From NCBI GenBank assembly GCA_001938485.1, contig MQRK01233649.1, positions 1-55,233 on the forward strand: a stretch of 55,233 nt of DNA, read 5' to 3'. Source of the DNA: Girardia tigrina. Lineage: Eukaryota. The notes under the pieces are model-generated. The model saw nothing but the letters and a program-made list of their open reading frames with translations. It did no database searches and had not been told where the DNA came from. Positions within the stretch are counted from its first letter, which is position 1. The number at the start of each line of letters is the position of its first letter. A program made the translations under genes and the position numbers. Below, in pieces: positions 37,990 through 49,946 of the stretch.

Positions 37990-39460
37990 TCGGTCCATGA
38001 CAAAACGCCACTAATAAAAATACATCGAACAAAGACACTGCATACAAAAAACACCGAATTTAATAATTAAATTATTAACACATTAATATTTTTAAAATGA
38101 ATATTATTAATTGAAAATATTTCGGAGAAAAAGCGTTGTCTGAGCTCTCAAATTTCAGTATTTAACTTTATATCTTTTAAAAAAAGATGCATTACTTAAC
38201 ATTCAGGTCCATTGAACCCGTGACTAACATTAACGAATAAATAAACTGGATATGTAAGTCTTAAAAATTAAAAAAACTAAATAATTTAATAGTGTAATGT
38301 TTTGCATAATACGTTTGTAGATGTAATGTCAATATTTTGTTTTTAAGAAAATATTCTACCGGATTAAAAATATTTTTGATAAAACTGTATAAAAATATTA
38401 TTTTATTCTTAGTTTTGGAATTATTCTTATAATAATATTGAAAAAAACATAATTAATGTTTATTCAATTTATTTTAAATTTTAGCATTAATTTATTTAAC
38501 ATTAAAAAAATATAAATTAAGACAAAATAAAGACAATGATTTATTTTTAATAAAACACTTTAGAAAATTAAAATATAATGAAAATCAGATAAAAGTATAA
38601 ACATTTATAAAAATTTTTTCAATTACTTTTACAAAAAATATTAATCTGCTAGTAATTAATAATTATGAAATTTAAGAAATCACGAAGGACTAAATGAAAA
38701 TTTTAGTACACTGACATGATCATGGTATACAGATGTAAATTACCTCTTCATTATTCCACAATGTTTCTCTCTCCATGATTTTGCACAATTTTCAATAATC
38801 TTCTCCCATTATCTTTATAATGTTTTCTTTCCCTGACTCGTTTCCATACTTGAAATTGCTTGATCAAACTTTATTTCTTTTAAATACTGCTCTTTCTGCA
38901 AGCTCTCAATGAAGTTCCAAATATTTCGATGGTTTGAACTTAAGAGATAGCTGAAGTATCTGTGTCACCCACCGATTTTATTTGAAGTTATCCATGAAAT
39001 TTATTTTGATGAAAAGTTTTTCGATGAAAGCATTGACACCGATATAAAAAATTTCAATTTTTTATAAAAATATAAAATTATTAATAATAATGGTAATTTT
39101 TAGTAAAAACAGAAAATTGTTGCAAATCATTATCAATCTGAATGCAGACCAATACTGTTTGAAACGAAATCGCCTATTTTGAAAAGGAATTTTTCACTAT
39201 TTAAAAAGCATAAAATAGTTTTAACCCTTTTGAAGAAGTATTTTATTTTTTTAAATTATCAAAAATTAACTAAATGGTTATAAAAATATTTCCTTTTATG
39301 AATGCTTTTAAAGAAGAAATAACACCTTAAAAATAGTAATATTTATTAGTAATAATTTAATAATTAAATTATTAAACTCTACATTTTTGTTCGCGGCATT
39401 TTTATCTGCGCAATTTTTAACACACGGCGTTTTTGTTCACAGCGTTTTGTCCTGATAATT
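37990..39460 (-). mobile_element. Mutator/MULE (Phantom-like) remnant
   Basis: Minus strand 38730-38975 gives HRYFSYLLSSNHRNIWNFIESLQKEQ (compare the EGWH..F...HPNIWKFI..LKKEQ motif); GACAAAACGC-type subterminal repeats are inverted at both ends. Confidence 0.65.
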
Positions 39461-39874
39461 TAGAATTGTAAATTTAAAATTTTTATAAATTATTTGGCAA
39501 ATTGAAAATTTTAAATAAACTCTTATCTTTTGTATTTGGCTTTTCATCTTTGTGCTGAAACTGATGATGAAAGATTCTTTTATCTTAATTTATCTCAATT
39601 TTCAAATTCTGATTAAATTTTTAAAAATTCTAACATAATAATTAAATCGATTAAAAAAATTTTCTAAGATAATCTTTTTTCATATTAAAAACATTTTTAT
39701 TACTAAATATTAAAACCCTTATTATTATTATTATTATTATTATTACAGTACAAGAAATAAAAAATGAGTATTTTTCACTCAGTACAATTTAAATAGTAGA
39801 ACATATATTCTAAAATTATCATTTACATTATAAAATTGCTAATAAAAATAAAATATGATACAAAAATAATTACA

Positions 39875-40980
39875 TTTATTTGTAAAAAAATAATTTATTT
39901 GTTCTGCTTCAAATAAATTGTTCAATGAAACATAAAATATAATTATATTTTATGAAATATTTTTCAAATAAATTTAATAATTTTTGGTGATGCGAATTGA
40001 TTAATTTTAAGCCTAATTTATTAATAGGAACTATAAAATATAAACTTTAGTATTAAAGATTAATTTAAAAATATTAAAAATTATAATATTATACTTTCAA
40101 GTATGTTTAATGTCATGTTTAAATTATTAATTCTTATAATATTAAAAATATTTAAATTTTTCTGTGGGAAAAAATAATTTTAATCGTACAAAATATATTA
40201 ATATAAATTTATTAATTAATTATTAATTTAAAATTTACTACGTTATGATTAATTTATATCATCATTATTTGTTTTTAATTTATCATTTATATTTGAATTT
40301 AAATGGAATTTATATTTTAGTAACAGGTTTAAATGCTTAGAAAAAATTATATACATTACAAATTGGCAGATTTCTGAAATAATTAACTTTTAAAATTATT
40401 TAAATTATGTAGAAACATGAAGGTTAATGTGTAATCTTGGGGATCCCAAAAATTATAACGTTTGTCCCATTTAATTCATTAAACGCTTTATTTAATGTCC
40501 AAATGTATATTTTTGTTTCCCGGGTGCTTTTTGATGCGTTTGAGATAAGAGATTCACAAAACATTTTGCTTTGATAGGAATAATTAACGTTATGGTAAAA
40601 ATTAAAATACAAATTTTCATGAAGAAAACTATTTTTAAAGTTCAACGCCATAAATGTTTTCCTAAGGTCATTAAGAGAAACTCAAATTTCAAATAGTTTC
40701 ACAACTATGTCATCTGAACCCATATAATAAAGTTGTTTTGAGAACAATTTGCACATTAAATTATGTTTCAGTAGTAAATTCCGTTTTTTTCTGTCAATTT
40801 ACTTTCGCTCACATTGTGACAGTTTCATCTGATTTTACTCAAGAGATGAACGGAAGTCTCTTCAATGTTTGTGGCATTTCACCCATCATATTCCCATTGA
40901 TATTCATGCTTCTATGATGACCTGACAATGATGATTGTACCGTAGAAATTATCCTTGAAAAGGAAACGTTTTTTAAATTA
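39875..40980. repeat. Diverged duplicated segment (copy B) with a degenerate minus-strand exon-like frame at 40424-40955
   Basis: Matches 10600-11760. One frame of about 175 codons with a few stops follows a TTTTCAAG acceptor-like site. Confidence 0.7.
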
Positions 40981-41800
40981 TATTTTAATTTTAAAGCAAA
41001 AAATATTGGTTATATTTGATCGGTCATTACAATTAATTAATAATTTTCTTTCAAATAATATATTAATTTAATATAATTTTCATATATCTCTCTTTTCAGT
41101 AAAAGTAAAAAAAATTCCCTTCTTTTTTATTATTATTCGAAAATAATATTATTTTATTTTTCAACAAACGGAAAGAATTTAAGTTTTAATTATTTTTAAA
41201 TGGTATCAGATGAATAATATTAATCGAACATTAAAATGTTTTAAATATTTAACTTTCGTTATTGCTTTAAAAAACCGATTTTTATAATGAATGATTAAAA
41301 AATAATAACAAAATATAAATATCGCATTTTTTTGTAAAGCAAAGTTGAGTTAATTTTTACATTCGATCAGAGAGAAAAACAAAATAAAATTGCAAGGAGA
41401 CTTTTTGTAATTTTAATAACATGATTTTATTAATAATAATTATGCGAACAAATTTTAATTTAAAAACATGAATCAGAAAAATTAATTACAAAATATTGCG
41501 TCCTTAAATATTTTTTTAGAAGTATTCTTTTTATTTTTCTTATACTCTTTTTTCCGATTGACCAAAATACATTGTAAATTAATTCTATTTATTTTAGATT
41601 TTTAATTTTTGGTATTAGATTTATTATTTTGATAAAATTATACTTAATGTAAATGTACGGATGTGTCACGTTAAAAGTTTATGTCTATTGTGATATTGTA
41701 AATCCTATTTTTCTTTATATTTTTTTATTTAAGAATTTTAAGGTATCTTTGTAGGGGAAAAATGGGCATTCTCCGGCACCCCCCGGAGGGATCGTAACTA

Positions 41801-42035
41801 GTTACCGCGCGGTTACCGTGGCAACGTAACCAGTTACCGCGCGCGGTTACCCTGGCAATGGTCACTGTTGCCATGGCAACGGTCGCGGTTACCATAGTAA
41901 CGGTTGCGATCACCTTAGCAATGCTTCTGATTGGTTCCTTGGTTCCCTAGCAACGGTCACGATTACCTAAAAACACTTCTGATTGGTCAGTAACCACCTA
42001 GCAACGGTGGCGATCACCACAATGGTTACCGTAAC
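41801..42035. promoter_or_regulatory. Array of RFX X-box-like palindromes (21-bp period) with two inverted CCAAT boxes
   Basis: GTTACCGTGGCAAC 41812, GTTACCCTGGCAAT 41846, GTTGCCATGGCAAC 41867, GTTACCATAGTAAC 41888, GTTCCCTAGCAAC 41942; CTGATTGG at 41927 and 41979. The motifs are read directly; function is inferred. Confidence 0.6.
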
Positions 42036-42251
42036 CATGATACATTACATTTTAATATTATATATATATATATATATTTAATATGGATATATAGTCGAAA
42101 ATACCTTAGATATCATCACTGCTATTTCTAAAACCATGAAAATACCTTAAAAATCATCGAAAGCATGTAAAAACCATCAAAATTACACAAAAAGTGCAAA
42201 AAATCAATTCTGAACATGTGCTAATCAATACTGCACATGTGCTTATCAATA

Positions 42252-42491
42252 CTATACATGTGCAAGTGTGTGAAATAATAAGTTCACAATTGTACAAAGT
42301 GCAATGTATTCATGTTTTAATATAAAATAGTGTAAAGTGGGGTTGAACACACATATGGTATAAAGAGCGAAGCAAGCAAAATATTGAAAATCTGCCTGAA
42401 CACATTGATAGTAACTCATATATGAATATTCAGAATATGATCTTAGATTTTTGAAAAAATCAATAAGTGGTGCTTTTTCGAACATATGCAC
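42252..42491 (-). CDS. Small Tyr/Cys/Phe-rich ORF in the left TIR (one repeat unit)
   Basis: Open in both TIRs; counterpart of 49374-49709. Confidence 0.3.
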   Translation of the reverse strand: MHMFEKAPLIDFFKNLRSYSEYSYMSYYQCVQADFQYFACFALYTICVFNPTLHYFILKHEYIALCTIVNLLFHTLAHV

Positions 42492-45400
42492 ATTATATAT
42501 GCAAATATTATAGATATGTATTATATTATGATATTATACTATGTTATCAGCCAATGTCGTGCCAACCATTTAAAACATGGCCAAGGAGATATCGTCATGC
42601 ATTCATCATGTCAACGTATTGTATATATCATGTCAACGTATTGCATTCATAATGTCAACATAATGTACAGTTGAATATTTTGTATCTTATATAGTTTTAT
42701 ATTATATATTTTATATGTTATTTTATATCTTATATATTTTTATATTATATATTTAATATGTTATTTTCTATAACAAAAGTTGTTTTTTACAAGTTTATGA
42801 ATAAAGACAGGTATAAGACAAGTATTTTTAACAAACATTTTTTTTACATATGTACAATATTTACAAGTATATCATTCACAAAAGATAATATCCATGAGGT
42901 AATGTACTTATTCCATCTGACAAAATATGTCGTTTATCGTCAAACCAGTCAAGGCTTTTCTTTCGCATTATGGTATTCTCTTGATTAGGTCCTTCGAATT
43001 TTACAATGATTATAAACAACACCAATTCGAAAAAGAATATATTCAAAGAAATAATGTCGAAGATGATTCAACAATGTCCTTTATACAGATGTTGTATGGC
43101 AAATTTTCATAGTTCGCAAAATTTTCATGATACAATGCATCATTACTATGTTTATGCTTTCAACTGATGCGAGTATTACATTTGTCCAGTGTGTCAAAAT
43201 GCAAGTAGTGGTGACTATCATTAATTTTATGATAACCACAAGGACCATTTGTTTGACTTTTCAAACAAGTCTAAGAAGACTATTTTCCAATCATCAGCGT
43301 ATCCAGCAATTGAGAAGAATGTTTCAATTGAGAAAAATAGTTCAAATAAGGTAAAAGTTCCTTTAAAACATGTAAATGTTACAAATTTTTCAATGCAGAT
43401 ACCTGTTTCAAATACAGTCAACGCAACCAAGGCAGCCAATGCTTCAAATATTACATCAAAACGTGCAAATGATACAAATATCAAAAATATTCCATCAAAA
43501 TGTTCAAGACAGAGACTAATTCATAAAGCTTCATTGAATAAGAAGGTGCGTCAATATGTTATAAAGGCTCCCCAGGCTAACCTAGACAGCCTTGGCAGCC
43601 TAGGCTGCAAGGTTACAAGTCTCCATGAGTTTCTGGAATATTCCAAGAAGGAAACTATGGAGATTCTACAAGATAACATGGTTGATTTCAAGGCTATCAA
43701 AGTCAATCTTAAATTTGAGGCAACATTCACCAATGTCGATGATGAATTATCACATAGAGCCTTCAAGACAAAAAATAGGCCAATATTAGAATCTGATGAT
43801 ATTTTGGAGTGGTTCAGTGAAGAACATACCCAAATAATAAAGGAAGCCAATGAAAGCAAGGAAAAGAAGAGTGGATGATATATTGCATCTGTAAATCAGT
43901 TGATAATTCATGTTCATAAATACTCATCAATGAGAGGTAGCTCCTACATTCTGCTTCCTGAATGGATAGTCAAGAAAAAGGCATGCATCAATGCTCACAA
44001 TGAAAACAACATGTGCTTCAAGTATGCTATGCTGTCGAACTTCGTGGAAGATCAACAAACTGCAAAACGAGTATCAAAATACAACAATCTGCAGTACACA
44101 TATGACTTCAACTGCATAAAATTCCCACCAAGCCTTAAAGAAGTCACTAAATTTGGAAGCCACAACAATGTATCAATCAACATATTTGGATTAGAGAATG
44201 AAAAATTTTATCCCTTACTTGTATATAAGGAAGAACTGGAAGATCATATGGATTTGCTCTTCCTAGATGATGGAGAAAAGAGACACTTCATCTGGATCAA
44301 AAAATTTGAACGTCTTCTTAGATCCCAAATATCGAAACATCATGGAAGTATCGAGATTTGTAAAGGATGCTTTACATATTTCAATAGAGATGATGCAACA
44401 AACAAGTATGAAGAACACAAGGCCTATTGCAATAACATTCATTGTATCAGAGCGGAATTTCCCAAGGAAGATTATATCGAATTCAAAGAATATGAAAAGA
44501 TGCAGAAAGTTCCCATTATAATATATTGTGACTTTGAAGCTATTCTAAGCCCAATCCAAACAAGCAATCCGGATCCACAACTTAGCAGTACGACAGCATA
44601 CCAGTATCATGAGCTATCATTATACTGTATGTATGCATTGGGTATTATCAAGGAGCCATTTTTATATAGAGGTTCAGATGCAGCAGAACATTTTATGCAA
44701 CGTATGGAGACTTATGCCCACACAATTAAAGACATGTTGCAGCAACACAAGTTCAACATGATAATGACATGGCAAGAAAAATGTGAATGGAACATGGCAA
44801 CACAATGCTACTTGTGTGAAAAACCATTCACAAAAGACAATTACAAAGTCAAGACCATTGTCATTTTACTGGAAAATATTGAGGAGCAGCATTCAATAAC
44901 TGTAATTTGCGATGTAAAACATCTATAAATGTTCCTGTTGTTTTCTACAATTTTAGTGGATATGACTCCCATTTCATAGTAAGAGAATTGGGAAAAATCA
45001 AAGGGAACATAGATGTTATTCCAAATAGTGAGGAAAAATACATCACATTTACCAAGCATGTGGAAAGAATTAAGCTCCTATTCATCGATAGTTTCCGGTT
45101 CATGTCATCATCGTTGCATAGCCTTGTCAAGAATCTTCCAGCAGATGAACTAAAGGAAACAAAAAAGTTCTTCCCAAATACATTTGATTTGGTCAAAAGG
45201 AAAGGAGTATTCCCATATGACTATATAACATCATGGAGATAGCTGGATGAAACAACATTGCCAGCAAAAGAGGCATTTTACAACAAATTGAACGACACCG
45301 ACATAAGTGATGCTGATTATCAACATGCACAAAATGTCTGACAAGCTTTCAAATGCCAAACACTTGGAGAATATAGTGATGTATACCTCAAAACAGATGT

Positions 45401-45625
45401 GCTGCTTCTTACGGATGTCTTTGAGAGCTTTCGGGATGTGACACTTAAGAGCCACAAGTTGGATCCAACTCATTTCTTTATATCACCAGGTATGAGTTGG
45501 GCAGCAATGTTGAAATATGCAGGCATAAGGCTTCAAATCCTGAAAGATTACGACATGATCCTCATGCTGGAAAAAGAAATCCGAGGTGGAATCTGTCAGT
45601 CTATTCATCGGTATGGTGAGGCAAA

Positions 45626-47671
45626 TGTTGGGACCAGTGAGTTTTTCCTTCACGTCAGCGTCGGGCCTATTCATTGCACCGGCACCGAGGCAGGCAAAGG
45701 AAAAACTCCCTAAATCTAAAAAAACAAAAAATAAAAAATATTATAATTTATAATTAATTAATTAAAAAATAGAAACTTTTAATTGGTTTTGATCCTTGGA
45801 TCCTGTTGATTTGAATATTTTCTTGTGGGAATTTGATGGCCTGATTTGTTGACGTGGGTTTGATCGGAATTTTGGCCATCTCCAGGTTGTTTCTACCTGA
45901 GGACTGTTGACTTAGTGATGGATGATTGAAAGTTGACTGTGAGAATTGTCTGCTTGCTGGTTCTGTGAGTTTTTGTGACGAAAGATTGGTATGAATTCGT
46001 TTGAATTGTACACTCTACCAGAAATTTTTTATCATCAAATATATTTTAAACAAAGAATTTGACTTGGTAAATTTTACCTTTTATTTTTTTTGTTGTTGAT
46101 GGAGGTTTTGAGATGTCTTCATGGTTGCCGATCAATCGATGGGTAACGGCAGGTGCTGATAGTGCCTGCCGAGACTGTTGACGATCAGGCAGTAAATATT
46201 TCTCGAGGATATTTGAAAACTACCAACCTGTCAATAAGGAACGGCGGGTTCTTTTAGTGCCTGCCGGGCCTGTCGAGGATCTGGTTGTGAAAAGACGTTA
46301 TCGTTAAACTGAGGATTTGTCTTTACTTATCTCCATCAACTATTTTTTTCGTTTTATTACATCAATGAATGAACTTCTCATCCTAATTTAGTTAATGAAT
46401 CGACCGATTTATGAAAAGGAAGATAGAGGGTTGCTTCGTGATCTTCAGAAAAGGAGGGAAGAAATCGACAGAATTACAAAAGAGTTGTTCGAAAAAACAA
46501 CAGAGCTCGAGGAATACAGAAGAATTTCCGTTCCTTTATCCGTACACAAACCAATGGTGGACAAATATATGTTATCGTAACAAAAAATAAAGGCCTTACA
46601 AGCTGAAATTACCGAGTCGAGGATTCAACAAAATATGTTGAAGTACCACAAAAAGATAATAAAGAAAATTTCCCAAGAAGATCCTGTGATGATCTTGGAG
46701 ACTGCTTCTAGAATTGCAGCAAAAGAACCCATGGATGCGAAAGATGTAAACCTTGCTTCATCTTCTACAATTCATGCGTCTATCACAAAGGAAGATATGA
46801 TGGCATCAATGACCAGCAAAATGAGCCGAACAAAGAAAAGGCGCCAGCAAAGAAAACGAAAGGCGCAACTATTCCAACAAGCAGAAATTGAATTAAAAGA
46901 GATTCAAGGTTCAGACCATCCCGATTCATACCAAAAGAAGCAGAAACATACCCGGCAAAGTGACTTAGAATTAGAANNNNNNNNNNNNNNNNNNNNNNNN
47001 NNNNNNNNNNNNNNNNNNNNNNNNNNNNNNNNNNNNNNNNNNNNNNNNNNNNNNNNNNNNNNNNNNNNNNNNNNNNNNNNNNNNNNNNNNNNNNNNNNNN
47101 NNNNNNNNNNNNNNNNNNNNNNNNNNNNNNNNNNNNNNNNNNNNNNNNNNNNNNNNNNNNNNNNNNNNNNNNNNNNNNNNNNNNNNNNNNNGACTTATTG
47201 GATGATTTCAATTTTTAATAAATCTTTAATATGCAAAGTTTTGTTCATGTTCTTTTAACTTTAATATGAAATTGATAAACTCATAATAAGCAATATAATA
47301 ATCAAATAAAAAGGAAACATGTTGAAAAAGAATAAGATAATCAATCAATTAAATAGAAGTGGCATAAGTCAACTTTCATAGACCTAATAAATTTAAATAT
47401 AATGTAGGACTCCAGTAGGTACTTCATCAACTTCACTGGCGAGATCAAAGGGCCAGATGGGGTTGATGGGGTACGATATGTATCTCTAATAAGTGTGAGT
47501 TAGAGGCCCTTAGAGGAGAGACATATCTAAATAATATGTTGGAGAGACATATCTAAATAATATGTTGGGTCAAAATAAACTAAGATTCTAAAGCATAACC
47601 TGTTAACATAAATTTAAATAAATAAAATTTAAATAATAATATAAATTCCAGCACCAACAATATCACCACCA
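45626..47671 (+). mobile_element. TG..CA element of about 2 kb, copy 2, inserted in pPolB with 4-bp TSD CAAA
   Basis: CAAA at 45622-45625 and 47672-47675; removal restores YGEANNKYMKNYDPSK; inverted copy of 4947-6964. Confidence 0.92.
46395..46976 (+). pseudogene. Coiled-coil/basic protein of the 2-kb element, copy 2 (one in-frame TAA at 46578; runs into the N gap)
   Basis: ORFs 46395-46580 and 46635 onward are in one frame, separated by a single stop that reads CAA in copy 1. Confidence 0.65.
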
Positions 47672-48789
47672 CAAACAACAAATACATGAAAAATTATGAT
47701 CCATCCAAGGCATCTTCATACATAACATACTTGGATGCCAACAATCTGTGTGGATTGGCAATGAGTGTTCCATTACCTTTTGATAATTTTAAAACAGTGG
47801 ATCAACCGAAAGAAATTCGAATAGAAAAACTGAATCCTAATAAAGATGTGGGTTACATATTGGAAGTGGATGTTGATTATCCAAAATCCATCCATTCAAG
47901 ACATGAGCAGCTACCTTTCCTGTCTGAAAGCAAATGTCCACCAAATGGAAAACATAATAAGCTGCTCTGTCACTTGGAAAATAAATAAAAATATGTGGCC
48001 CATTACATCAATCTACAACAAACTGTAAAGAATGGGCTCATAATCCCAAAAATCTATCGTGCACTTCAGTTTAATCAATAAAAAATGGCTTAAGCCATAT
48101 ATTGACTTTAACACCAATCTGAGGACCAATGCCAAAAATGACTTTGAAAAGGATCAGTTCAAATTGTAAAATAACAGCGTTTTTGGTAAAACGATGGAGA
48201 ATATCCGCAACAGAATCAACCTCGAGCTGGCATGTGATTGGAAGCGGCAAAGAAACTCATTAACAAATCAAATTTCCACAGTAGCGTCATATACACTGAA
48301 AACTTTGTGAGTTTACACATGCTGAAAACATCACTGACGTTTAATAAACCGATATATGTGGGGATGTCAATTCTGAATCTATCCAAGACCTTGATGTAGG
48401 ACTTCCACTATGACATCATGGTCCCTAAATTCAACCACAATTTACAGCTAATGTATATGGATACTGATAGCTTTGTCTATCAGATTCATACAGAAGATCT
48501 GTTTGCGGAGTTTTTTTCAAATGGCTACAACATATGGATATCTCAGATTATCTAAAGGACCATCCAAATTATTGAATATCAAATTGAATATCAAAATGTC
48601 CTTGGGAAGTTTAAGGATGAAGTCAATGGTCAAATCATCTCTAGATTCGTGGCACTACGATCTAAGATGTATGCCATTGATGTGGATGGTAAGATCAAAA
48701 AGAAGACAAAGGGAGTTCAACTGGCAACGTTAGCAAACCAAATCGGATTCCATGATTATATGACAGTGCTACGGGAACAATTCAATATA

Positions 48790-49906
48790 ATTTCTTAAAT
48801 GCAAAGGATCCAATCAAGAGAACATCAAGTCTCCACATTAATGATGCAGAAGAAAAGCCTTGACTGGTTTGATGATAAACGACATATTTGTCAGATGGAA
48901 TAAGTACATTACCTCATGGATATTATCTTTTGTGAATGATATACTTGTAAATATTGTACATATGTAAATAAATGTTTATTGAAAATACTTGTCTTATACC
49001 TGTCTTTATTCATAAACTTGTAAAAAACCACTTTTGTTATAGAAAATAACATATAAAATATATAATATAAAAATATATAAGATATAAAATAACATATAAA
49101 ATATATAATATAAAACTATATAAGATACAAAATATTCAACTGTACATTATGTTGATATTATGAATGCAATACGTTGACATGATGGATGTATGACGATATC
49201 TCCTTGGATACGGCCATGTTTTAAATGGTTGACACGATATTGGCTGATAACATAGTATAATATCATAATAAAATACATATTTATAATATTTGCATATATA
49301 ATGTACATATGTTCGAAAAGCACAACCTATTGATTTTTTCAAAAATCTAAGATCATATTCTGAATATTCATATATGAGTTACTATCAATGTGTGCAGTCA
49401 GATTTTTCATATTATGCTTGCTGCGACCTGTATACCATATGGGCATTCGACCCCACTTTACACTATAATACACAAGATATCAATAAAGCACTATGTTTTG
49501 ATTTTTTCGAGAATCTAAGATCATATTCCGATTATTTACCTATGGATTACTATACATGTGTTCAGGCAGATTTTCGATATTTTGCTTGCTTCGCCCTTTA
49601 TACCATATGTATGTTCGGCCCCACTTTACACTATATTATATTAAAACATGAATTCATTGCACTTTGTACAATTGTGAACTTATTATTTCACACACTTGCA
49701 CATGTATAGTATTGATAAGCACATATGTATCCTAGACAGCCTGCCTAGGTTTAGTGCAGTATTGCTTAGCACATGTGCAGTATTGATTTTTTGCACTTTT
49801 TGTTTAATTTTTATGGTTTTTACATGTTTTCGATGATTTTTAAGGTATTTGTCATGGTTTTAGAGATAGCAGTGATGGTTTCTTAGGTGTTTTCGACTAT
49901 ATATCC

Positions 49907-49946
<40 letters not shown>

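Larger units (their letters stand above)
41751..43010 (+). repeat. Left terminal inverted repeat (about 1.26 kb)
   Basis: Reverse complement of about 48790-50433, apart from segments present only in the right arm. Confidence 0.9.
43050..48935 (+). pseudogene. polB: Protein-primed family B DNA polymerase (Polinton group-2/adintovirus-type) with multiple stops and frameshifts, split by a 2-kb insertion
   Basis: SG*, RGSSYILLPEWIVKKKACIN..NMCFKYA and HFIWI (vOTU-like C/H), IIIYCDFE (ExoI), C..C..DHCHFTGKY*GAAFNNCNL (EndoVII-like), YNFSGYDSHF, FIDSFRFM, RKGVFPYDY, YLKTDVLLL, IRGG, YLDANNLCG, KL*NNSVFGKTMEN, YMDTDS, DDKR. Confidence 0.96.

Noticed and set aside
39560-39600. CTGATGA possible hammerhead core (also CTGAAGG..CGAAA at 19521)
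   Set aside because: A properly placed stem II/GAAA or stem I is missing.
41725-41913. ORF MIATVTMVTATVAMATVTIARVT
   Set aside because: It is a translation of the 21-bp X-box repeat; no evidence of coding.
41801-41925. Regularly spaced palindromes considered as a CRISPR array
   Set aside because: The period is only 21 bp, there are no unique spacers or cas genes, and the context is eukaryotic.
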